A DNA stretch of 60,378 bases from contig CAZGOG010000007.1 in assembly GCA_964527555.1 (NCBI GenBank), positions 1-60,378 of the forward strand, given 5' to 3'. The stretch comes from an uncultured Planctomycetia bacterium. Lineage in GTDB: Bacteria > Omnitrophota > Gorgyraeia > Tantalellales > Tantalellaceae. The notes beneath the pieces are model-generated. The model searched no databases. It was not told the DNA's origin and saw nothing but the letters and a program-made list of their open reading frames with translations. The translations under genes and the position numbers were made by a program. Positions 33,301 through 45,300 of the stretch are shown here, piece after piece (the stretch's first letter is position 1; each line of letters begins with the position of its first letter).

Positions 33301-36300
33301 CAAGTGGGGAGAAGTCTCCCGTCTTCTTGCGGAAGATATAGAAGAGGGAAAGTTCAAGGCCGCGCACGAATGCAATAATGTACTTTTTGTCCACGGAGGA
33401 ACTACGAATGCGCTTGCTAATTATCTTACTATCGTAAAAAAAGGATATAGCGCTAAGCTGGCCGCGGATGCGCTTAATGAAGAATTCCGCCAGCACGTAG
33501 AAAAAGAGGGCAACTTAAGCCGTCTATCGCGCTTACGCCAGGCTCTCTGGGATAGATTCACGGGTAAACGGCTTCCGTCTCATGACGATCTTAACCCCGC
33601 GGAAAGGAACATAGTAAACGGAAGCGGTATCGACTATCTTATGGTCGTCGGGCATGCGTCCGCCAAGCAGAATGGACGGATCCGCGTTTCACCATACGGT
33701 AACGTTATCAATGTTGATACCGGGCATATCGATGCATGGGGCGCAGATCACGGCTTTCTTGTGATCGAGGGGAATGATTTCTGGGCAGTTGAACTGAAAC
33801 AGCCCCAGGAAGAGACCACCCGGGAGTTCATCACAAGGACTACTGAAAAGCGTCCCGGGATCAAAGAAAAGCTTGAAAAGGTAAGAACAGCCATAAATGA
33901 GAAGAAGTACGGGGAAGCTGGTAGGGAGATAATGAAATTAGTTAGGGAGCTAGAGTTTATCTTAACGTACAGTAATTCAATAAGGGTAAACGAGCTGAAT
34001 GAATTAAGAGAAAAGAGCATGACAATTTCGGAAGAATACTCCGAGCACCTGGAGATATCCCTTATAGAGGATTTTGTTGCGGAGATAAGGGAAGCAACTT
34101 ACAAGTTTATCTCTTCGCATGAGAAGGCGTTTAGCCTGGAGGAGATGAGAGAAATCGAATCTTTTCTCTCGAAAAGGTTTGACGAGCTCAAAGAAAACTG
34201 GGCTGAAGATGCTGAGGCAAGAGAAATACTCCGGGAAATAATCAGCGAAACGATTAGTTTTGTCATAAAACACGATTCACTTTACCCCAACGAACGAAAT
34301 GAGTTCGAGGCCCAACTAAAAGAACTGTTTTCAGGATACAAGGGCAATGATAGCCAGGGCGCTTTAGCGGTAAAAGCTCTAAAGAGCCTCATGGCGAGAA
34401 TAAACCGGGAAGAGGAAAGGATTTTTGACCCTCTCATTTTTCTCAGGGAACAGGCGGAGACCATAAAACGTATCGCTGAAAAGCTTGCGGATCCTAGACT
34501 TGCCATCGATCCCCGCCAGGTGCGACTATTCATGAAAGAAGAGATGTTTCCCGGAGAACGGGCAGAAGATCTTAACGGAAAAGTACGCGAAAGAATTGCG
34601 GGACTCATCATGCCGGAAATCATCCCGACTCAAAAAAAGGACATGATCGTCGGGGTAAGATACCGGGCCTTTCTCGAAGAGATCAAGAAAGAATACGACA
34701 AGATACTCGCCGGAAGAACCGCAAAGTATGAAAAACTCAGGAAAGCCTTCGGCAGCGTGCGCAATGCGCTTAAAAAAACGCGAAAATTCATAAGGCGCAA
34801 TAGGTTCCTTATAGCGATCGGTATTACATTGGCCGCTTCCATTATGCAGGCTCTGGGTATAAACGCTTTGGGTGAAGGTGTTTTTGCAAGCGGCGTGATG
34901 ATGGCCGCGGGCTCTGGCGAAGAAGACAATGGCGAAAAAGAAGCGGATGATGCCAAAAAGCCGAAAGAGAAACCGGAGCTTCCAGTACATGAAGCGGGGC
35001 ACATAGCGCCTTTTTCCCTGGCCGATAAGGCAGAAGAGGCTGTTCCTGTCCCTCACGGATGGATAGCCAAAGCATGGGATGTCATCGGCAGAGCTTTGCC
35101 CGGCGGTAAAACCGAGACGCATAAAGATATCGTCGCCAGGGTAATAAGCAACACCGCCCATCAGGATACCGAAGATTTTGCCATTGATGTTTTAGAGGAA
35201 GGGGAGGAATCGGAACTACTAATATCTACTCGAAAGAGACAGGATATCGACCGGAGAGTAGAAGAGATGATAGAAGAAGTGTGCAGAGCTGCGGACATAA
35301 AAGACATGAATGCGCTCCAGCTCCAGCACGTTTATGAAATCCCGGTGACCGATTATAATGACCGCAGGATTACGGTAAAAGTGTACTGCTATAAGCCGAA
35401 AAATAACTATGTCATAGAAAAAGCTACAGATCGGATCAGGCAAGCTGCCGGAAATTACAGGGGTAAAACAAGTATTCCCAGCTATACGACTTCGGGCCTG
35501 TTTGCCCGGCTCCGTATTAACGGCGGGAACGCTGTTGTCCCTCAGAAGGATTCGCTGAAAAATCTACCCGAGGGTATGACCGGGAGCGACTCATTTCTCC
35601 CCCGGATAGCGTATGCGATAGCAAAAATAGAAAAAAACATCGAAAAAATGGGTGAAGATACGGATCTTGAAACGCCGGGGATGACGGATCTTTATTCAAT
35701 ATTGCAAGAGTTCAGTAAAACTGAAGCACAAGCTGGAGTGGGCGCATATAAACGCCTGGCAGGTATTATCAGAGAAAAACTTGTCGAAGTTCAGAGGAAC
35801 ATAAAAAACGCCGAGGAAGAAATAATCCGGATAAAGAAGACCAGTCAGGAAGGGGTAGATCCCAGGGAAATTGAAAGAAAAATAACTCTTCAGACTAAGA
35901 TCAAAGACGGTGCGGTTATGACGGAGGACAAGCTGCGGCAGCTCTGGTATTACATAAATAATCCTAGAGGCGACTATATGGCTGAAAGCCTCAGAATAGA
36001 GAAGGCCGGTGAGACTCGCGCTCCCTCCAGGACGCCTTTAGTTCTTATTGTTGATAACCTTACGCCTTCACAGCTTGATTACATAGTCAACAACCACTAT
36101 GTTGAGGCATTTGTCACAAAAAAAGCCACAATTACTTCACACTGGGTCATAGCGGCTAAAAATAAGAATATCCCGGTAGCTATCTTGGACATGCCGCCCA
36201 TTTTAGAACAGTACAATAAAGAACCCGCGGACCAGATCACGGTAGAGAAGGATTTCATTCATAAAAGAATGGTGCTGATAAGGTCTGATGCCAATCACAG

Positions 36301-39300
36301 CGCTGAGGTGGTATTTGCGCCTAGCATGGTAGATTGCAGGAGTTTCCGGGATACACTGCTGCAAGAAGAGGCGTTTTGGGAATTTGTACAAGCAGAGATG
36401 GAAGAGATCGTTTCCGGCGGAAATGACCAGCCGTGGCGCGACATAAAGCTGGAAGGGACAGAAGCGGAAATCTCGCTTCTGGTAAATGCCGATACCCCGG
36501 AAGACATCAGAAAAGCCAGAGAAGAGAACCATGCCGGCGGAGTGGGGCTTGTAAGGACGGAATACTTGTTCAGCAGTGACGGGGCAATCGATGAAAACGG
36601 AGAAAGGCCCCTCGTTGATTATCTGGAGAGGTTTTTCGGTGTCAAGAAAAACCCCGAAAAACCCGAAAAAACCCTGAAAGAACTGCGCGAGTCGTCTTTT
36701 TTGTACAAAAAAACACGGGAAGCCCTTAAGGAAAAGATGGTAAAAGACTTTGTCGCGTTAAGCGAAGCCGCGGCAGGGGCGCCCGTTACCATCAGAACGA
36801 TAGATTTTCAGCTTGATGATCCAGGCAAAGAGACTTTAATACACAAATATCTTAAAACTGCTGATTATGCCCGGAAACTCTTCGCCATGTGCGAAGAGGA
36901 AGGTCTGACCCAAAAGGTGGAATCAGGCGTTGATTTCTACAAAAATCCACTGGGAAGAGAAATCCTGCAACTGCAGCTCGAAGCAGCTATGGAAGCGTAT
37001 CTTATAAGCAAAGAGAAGAACATCAAGATAATGTTCCCCATGATAAGCACAATAGCAGGAGTCGATAGGCTTATATCCAACCCGGATAGTGTATTGATGC
37101 ATGCCAAGATGCGGGCGCTTAAGGATACTAAACAGGAAGGTGCTGATGAAACCAGTTTTGACGCTATCCCTATAGGGATAATGGTAGAGACGGATATGGC
37201 CGTAAGGAACATCAGCGAGCTTGTAGCGAGAAAAGAGATAAGTTTTTATTCTATCGGGACAAACGATATATCGCGCTACCTCATGGCCTACGTCAGGATT
37301 ATCGAACAGTATATCGAGCGATATATCGAAAAACTTAAGAGTAAATCTCACAACATCGATAAAAGCAAGATCAGCGATAGAGTAAGGACGGAACTATCCT
37401 TAAACTACGGTGAGTCTGTAAACTATGAAGACTTCTTGATACACCTCATGAATGTCGCCAGATATATTAAAAAATACAAAAGCGAACACGATGATAAAGA
37501 CCCGGAGATAGGCGAGATAGTAAAAGCGTTCAAGGGAAAGCAATATGAATCATTTCCGAAACTCGATGAGGTAGTGGTGGAGCCCCTGAACAGGGACGAC
37601 CCGGATAATGCGAAGTATACGACGACCCTCCAGCAGGCCGTTTTGATCGCCATAACGATTGTTTTAGGCACGATCGCGACATATAACGAAAATAAAGCTC
37701 CCGACGAGAGGAAAGAGCTTTCCATCTGCGGTGAAATGGGAAGCTGGTATAACTTCCAGGTGTTTCTTGTGAAGAAGTTAATGAAGCTCGATATAGTGCC
37801 CGGTCAGGTTCCCTTAAGTCTCAGCATGGCACGCGGCAGGATACCGGCTGTTAACGTTTTCATACGCGGGATTAAAGAGCATCATTTGGAGACTGTCGAC
37901 ACTTTCCTGGAACCGGGAAAAGACATTTTCGGCGCTATACCGGTGGACCAGATGGCGGATGGAGTGGTAGAAAGGGTGTTTGAAGATATTTTTGCGCAAG
38001 AGAACGGCGATAGAATAAGCGTTCCGAAGATGTACGAGAAGTTAAAGCAAGAGCTCGCCACTAAAGGAATAAATGAGCTTAAAACCCCGGATGAGAGAAG
38101 AAAGCGGACGCTTTACACGCTGGAACTATTAACCAGGCTAGGCGGTCCGGAAGCGGTAGGGGAAACACTCCCGACCGATATAAAAGGGGATTTTCCGGTT
38201 TCCAGTAAACTGGATGAAGAAGCGATCGCAAAAAGAGGCCGGGAAATATTGACTGAGCTTGCCAAGAAAAAAGCGCAAAAAACAGAGGATAGCGCCCTTA
38301 AAGCGGCAGAGACTTTCGTCATAAGAAGCAATCAGGGACTGCACCCGAGACCCGCGTGTGCAATCATCGACAAAGCGGAAGAATATGGGGTCCTCCTCAA
38401 GTATATAGCTTATAAGCCGGAAGGGGAGGCGGCTGAGGAAGCCGGAGACATACTTCTTAGGACTTCTGATGATAAATATCCGGACCGATTGTACGGGACA
38501 CGTGCGCTGCTTGAAAAGAGTCTTTTAGAACTGGAAGCTACCGGTGAAAGAGCCCGGGAATTTTTGGATGCGTTAACCAGCGACGACATAGGCGTATATG
38601 ATACAGACCCGCTGACGGATACTGTCATGAAATTCATGGAGGTTTCCGAGGAGAAGCTTTCACCCGAAAGGTATAAAGAAGAGCCGGGTCAGCCGGGAGA
38701 GAAACTGCCCATCAGCACGAGAGGACTCATCCTCTCGGGTCTTTTTTCACTTTTTTGCACTTTAATAGTAACAGTTCTTGCCTGTCTTGTCGCAGAGATA
38801 ATAAAACAGCATTATCTCTGGATTTTTATCATTGCCTCCGGTTTCATATTCCATTTTGCCTATAAATTCGGCAAGGACTGGCAGCTGGCGGATGTAATAA
38901 TAAGGGCTTATGAAACAGCAAAAATAGCGCCTGAAGAGGTTTACCCGGCATGGACTGAGGATGAGACGATACATGTTTTCGTTAATGTTTATGATGAGAT
39001 CAGCAAAGAGTTCCAGGTGAAAATCCACACGCACGAAAAAGCGCATGTATTTTTAAACAGGCTTTTGAAGAAAGTAGGATTGCGTCAAGGCAAAGTCCTT
39101 ACCGCGATAAATCACTTTGCCGCGTATCAGTTTCCATGGCTTGGGCGTTTTGCTAAAGACGTAAAGACCCAGCCGGAATTTTATAGAAGAAAACCGGTTG
39201 CGCCATCCGAAACGAAGACAAACTGGGTTATCGAAGTCATCACCGTTTGTGGGGTTCTTTTGATCTTCGGGGCGGCTTTTATTTACATGGGTTATAAGGC

Positions 39301-42300
39301 CGGCGAGCAGCTTATCCGTAAAGCCTTGTATGCTGTGAGGATAAGAAGGGATCTTGAATCCGATGATGAGAAAAGCGCAGGCTACTATTTAGAAGGACTG
39401 TGGCTGTGCTACCAGAACAGGTTCGCCGAAGCTATTGACTCCTTCGGAAAAGCTTTAAAAACGAGGGATCCAAGCCGGGAATTTGATTTTACCTCCGGCA
39501 CCAGGGAGTATAAGGAAGCATGGATAATGGTAGACCGGATAAAGGCTTATATCGACAGGATAATCGCTTCCGGCAGACACGAAGAGTGTAAGCAGATTTG
39601 GAAGAGGTGCGCCGACAATGATGCCGTCTTTATTATGATAGAACGCATTTATGACCAGGATTACAGCAGGAAAACAATTATTAACAAGATGAGAAAACGC
39701 CTGGTAAAGGGCGAAGTATCCTGGCGGCAAAATATTTTGTTCGCTCCCGGCGAACTTGACCTTGAAGAAGGAGATATTTTGCTGGAAAAAGAAACAGGCG
39801 AAGTATATTGGTGCCATGTGAACGAGACCGACACAGTCACAAACGCTATCAACTTTGCCTCCAGTAGCAGCGAAGGCACTTTGAGAATAACGATAAATAA
39901 GGAACTGCCTATGCTTTTCGAGCCTGACGATGAAAGAGATCTTCGGAATAGAATAAAGAGAGCGTTCGTAAAACTTGCCCCTTCTACAATCGGATCCTCA
40001 CTGAATGTAATAAATATCGATAACGAACAGGAAAGAGCGAAGCTCATAAGCGAACTTGTGGAAAAAGAATCCGAGAAGGGTGATAAGTCTGTAGAAAGCG
40101 TTATTAGGCGCATGGTTCTGGAAGACCTCTTAAACTGTTCAGAGAGTGAGGATTTAAGGCGTACAATAATCGATGCTATAAAAGCACTGGCTAACAGGGA
40201 TAACCCCGGCGATGAAGAGATGAGGGTGCTTCTGGCAGAATATCTTCTTGAAGAGAAAGATATCAACCTTGGCGACATAAGACCGCTTTTTAGCGGGGAT
40301 AAGGCTAGCCCCCACCAGAGAAAGAAAGTAATCTCGACCATAATAGAAAAAGCCACCAAATTTAATCAGGAAGAGGTAAGGGCACTTCTCGCGGGACAGC
40401 TCGTCCATACAGTCGTGACAGGTCTTAAAAAACTCAAGATTCATCATAAGGTCACGATCCGTTCAACGGAAAAAATACTTTCGGCCTTAACAAGACACAC
40501 TTCCGCATCCCAGCCGGAAGAAGTCAGGTCTCTTATAGTAAGAAGCCTTATAGACGACGTTGAGTTTTCCAGCGCCGGCCATATAGAAGCCGAAAGATTC
40601 GCAGAGATCATAGAGATCATCAAGGGTATCGAGGAGAGTTTTCACGCCCTGGCTGTTATTCTAGAGGGGCGCAATCCCGCTTTAAGAAAGACCGCGGTAA
40701 AACTTATCACGGAGCTGGACGATAAGCCGGGCAACAAAGAGATAAAAGAGTTCTTGGAAAGAAAAACGAAAACGGAAAGCAAAATAAAAAGCATATTTAG
40801 GATGATGCGTGGCACAACAAAGAGCTCGCGTTTTATCAAAGTGCTCATATATTTGGCGATAGCTGCTCTTTGCGGCATGGCTCCCATGATGGTGATAATG
40901 CCTTCCGAAGAGATCAGAAGCTTCAAAGACTTTGATAACGAATTTGAAGTCATAGAGATGCTCCATCGACATGTGCCGGATGGTTACGGTATGGATACTG
41001 TAGGCGCCACCATTTTCAAGGTGCGGTACCTGGGCGAGACGGTCGAGCTTGTTACCGGAGGCATTTTAAAGAAAGGCAGCGTCTGTGTTCTTAAGACCGC
41101 TACAGATGATGAGTTTATTGTCCCACAGGGGCAGCTACTTGCAAAGACGCTAAACCCCGGCAATAGAAGCCTACATGTACCAAAACTTTACGGATTGGTA
41201 GAGAAGATAGAAAACACTGCTATCGGAGAAGAAAACGGGCTTAAGGGGACGGGATTACTCCTGGAGTTTATAGAAGGGGAGACTTTGGATAAATATCTGA
41301 AGAAACTACGCCTGGAAGAGCCGCGCGTTAAAGAGGAGAAATCCATCAGGCTCGCTCTTGAACTCTTTGAAAACTATAAACGGATTTATGTCGATAACGG
41401 TTGTGTTAACGGAGATCTTGATCCTACCGGGATAATTATACGCGAAAGCGCTTCTGGGGAGGGAATCGTACCTGTATTCATAGATAACGCTACGGTAATA
41501 AAATTAAGAAAAGCATACACCTCTCAAGAGGCGAAAAGAAGGATGGTGGCAAAGGCCAAATATCTTAATCCTGATAGAAGAAGGAGGATTGAAGACCATT
41601 TTACGGCGGATGAGTTATGTAAAACGCGAGATGATATTTATTCTTTATGTGTGATTCTTCTGTCGAATCTGGCGCCTGCTCCCCTGGACACTCTTTACAG
41701 GGATAAGGGGGCGTATCCTCCAAACGAGGGAAAGTTCAGGCATCTCATAGGAATACTGGCGAAATATATGCAGAAGGCCCAGGACGAAAACCAGTACTTC
41801 ACTGCAGGGGACATTATAGAAGAAATTAAAGGGATTATGCCCGGCGAAGAGAGTGATACCAAAGAAGACTTTCTTGAAAGGATAGAGGCGCAATTGCTTG
41901 ATCTTGGCATGAACACCCTTGAAGTGGGATGGCACCTTACGCGGATAGGCAGTATCCTCGAAGCCGAAGGAGAAGAAGCCGCTACCCTCGAACTGGAAAG
42001 GCTAAAAGACCCATATCGCGTGGGAAGGATAGAAGCCGGGTTTGAAGATGTTGTACGTGATTTTCTGAAAGTCACAGACAAGAAGCTAAGCGAGATGGAT
42101 GATAAAGATCTGAAGCAGCTGATTAAGGAGTTTCTTGCCGCACTCCAGCGTAAAGAAAGAGGGTGGAACGCATCACCCGCCTTCAAGAAACTGTTTGAAA
42201 AAATGCTGAATGAATATCTCAGAAAAGACCAGATCGAGATCTACAAAACATGCTACGGTCATTTTGACGTGAAAGATCTCGTACTTGTGCTGCAGCGCCT

Positions 42301-45300
42301 TCATTCTCTTACGGAAGATATGCCCAGGTACGGGATGCGGGAAGAGGCTTTGCCCGAGTTTACCCTGGTCAAACTTCTTAGCAATATGGCGCTCATCAGC
42401 AAGGCGACATATTACAACGAGATGAAAAAAGCGGGCTTCATGCCCGCTGAATGGGGTACGGTCACAATCGATGAAGATCTTGAAAAGTGGCTTGATGGCC
42501 CCGGAGATAAAACTTTTTACATTAGCGACACTAATGACCGAGAAGAGCACAAGAGATTTGTCAAGACCATAGCCCAGCACTACGGGATAGATCTTTTGAA
42601 ACTGGAAAAAAATTTCATATATGTACACACACTAGCCCAGCAGCAAAAAGAGAAAGACCTTTCCGAAAGATTGGATGACCCATACGGCGTGCACATACAC
42701 CTTTTAGGGCATATGAAACAGGTGCTGGAGAAGGTACTGGAAGTGCGCTACGACCTAAGAAAAGACGGATATGATATAGAAGAGTTCATCGGCAGAGGCT
42801 ATGACGGTATTGTATTCAAAGGTAAGGGCCCCCAAGGCAATAGCGTCACGATCAAGATCAATTTTACCAATGATTATCTGGTTTTTGGAGTAAAGGGGGT
42901 AAGAGATCCCTTTAGCGTTGCCGATAAGTTCATGAAGCTTGCGGAGATAACGGGAGATAACCGTAACTTAGCCAAAATCAAGAAGATAAAGCGCGTTCCG
43001 GTCAGAGATGATGTTGTCGTCGTTGAGATCCGCCAGTATACGCCCGAAGGATATGTGCTTATGGACGGCGTGGCGCGCAGAGATTTCCGCAAGATGGGCC
43101 TGGCTGAATCGCTTGATGCGGCCGTACAGTTTCTGGAGTCCGAGAAGTCGCTGATGGACAGATCCTTTGTAGATACTGATGCGCCGAACCTTGAAAATTA
43201 CATCATGTCGCCGGAAGAGGACCTTACCCGGATAGATTACGGCAACGTCAAAGAGCAATCTGAGCTTGGCGATTTAAGCACGATCCAGGTAGTGCGGTGC
43301 AGGCAGGTGGCGATTCTTACAGCTTTAAGGATATTGACAGGGCAGTTGTGGTTTGAGCTCGCCCCTGGGACTAAGCAGCCCACTCTTGAGATATTTGCCA
43401 ATATCTTCGGCGAAGAATATAAAACTGTAGCAAAGGGGATATTTGAGGACATGGAAGAAGCCTGGGAAAGCGACGATAAAGATATAGCTAAGGTTTTCCA
43501 GCGATTAATCGATAAACTGAAGGCAAGGAAAGAGGCAGTTTTCCCTGGTCAAGACTTGCTAGAAGCGAATGAAGCAACAAGTACACCAAAAATTAATATC
43601 AATAAACCTGGATTGCTTATTACAGGGATCGACAGGTTTCATGAAGAACCCGATGAAGAGTACTACGAGCGATTAAGAAGTGTTTTACGGGATGGACTAA
43701 AGCCGCGTAAAGACATACCCAGAGAACTCTTAAAACGCCATCATCCTCTTTCAGTGCCTGACTTTGTCTCTCTAAGCATGGTCGGTAAAAGCCGTGGGTA
43801 TGCCGGTACCTGGGCTTGCATTAGTATTTATGCGCCAAATCCCAATCTTAGCCGTCCAGACAAAATACCCAAAGAAAAAATCGCTTTTATTATAAACCCT
43901 GATTACGTAAAAGAACACCCAGAAGCGTTTAAAGCAGTAGGGCCTTTCTTTAAAGAAAATTCAGAGCATTTTGCGGATTATACTGACGAAGAAGGAACTA
44001 TTTTTGGCGGTATTCAGTATTCCGAACCGCCATTACGGATGGTAATTTCACCTACAGTCGAGCCTATTGATGCTATGAAGGATGAAGTATGGTCAGAGGC
44101 GATACCCGCTGATGCAATTATTGGTGCAATAGTGTATAAAGAACATGCGGAAGAATTCAGAGACTTGATTGTTGATGGGTTTCCGGGAAAAGTGATACAA
44201 GTATTTGATCCAAACGGTAAGCTGCTTTTTGATACAGGCATAGGGTCTAAAGACTCTGGCGAAGCAGAGGCTTCCCGGAAGGGGCTTGGGATCATCTTAA
44301 GAAACATCTGTAAATACCCATTGATCTTCGTGTTGATGTACGGACTTGTCGACTTTCTTATAGGTGAAACTGCGAGGGGTAACCTAGCTCTTACGATAGT
44401 AAATATATCAATTACATTTTTTGCTACGGGAGTGGCTATGGTAAGGGTTTTTAAAGATTCTGGAGATGACTATATTGACGATGAGCCGGGGTCCAAGGGT
44501 GCGGGATTTGACCTCGCGGAAGAAGAGGAGAGTGTAGAGGAGGAAGATGAGAAGTGGGAATGGGCCATGTCGGAAAACGCCGAAGAAGTCGCGGATTTTT
44601 TCCTGGAACTTTTTAAAAAGAACCCGGCCTTATTGGGGAAAACGATATTAACGAAAGAGCTACACTCCGAATTAAATAATTTTCTGAGAAGAGAATTCTC
44701 TGAGACACGTTTCATGGAGACTTTGGACTGCGTATTTAATACGGTGTACTGTAGCGGTGAGTTTACGGATAAAAAATGCAAAAAAGTTATTATCAATGGC
44801 ATAAAGCCCTACCGCAAGAAAAGACGCGAGGCGCCTGCTGTATCCCCGCTCAGTAAGCCCAGAGCGCCTCTGGGCTCCTATATCCTCAAATTTTCAGATT
44901 ACGAGTGGCAGCTTTACCGAAGATTCGCTCTCAAAACAGGTTTGGACGAATTGATGCCGAATCTGACAGGCGGCAATTGGGACCAGTTTTTTAGGACGCT
45001 GGAGGCAGCTGAGGCGTTGGAGAATATGGGCGCCAGCATTAAAGAATTCGAGGCAAGGATCAGGAATGTCAAAACGGGGGTAGAAGGCCACCCAACAACA
45101 GGTTTAGAGGCGGATATGGTGATAACGGTAGACGAAGGGGATAAAAGGAAAAGATACCTGGTCGAACATAAAGAATCGGGAACGAAAGCTTTAGGCGCAG
45201 TCATAAGCACCTTTTTCAAAGAACCCGAGGGAAAATTCTCGCAGTGGGAAAGATATAAAATAACGGCTAAAAATAAAAAGGGCCCTGACCATAAGAGGAT

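Noticed and set aside
42670-42720. HIT motif in YGVHIHLLGH
   Set aside because: Only two of the three alternating His are present, with no other HIT features.
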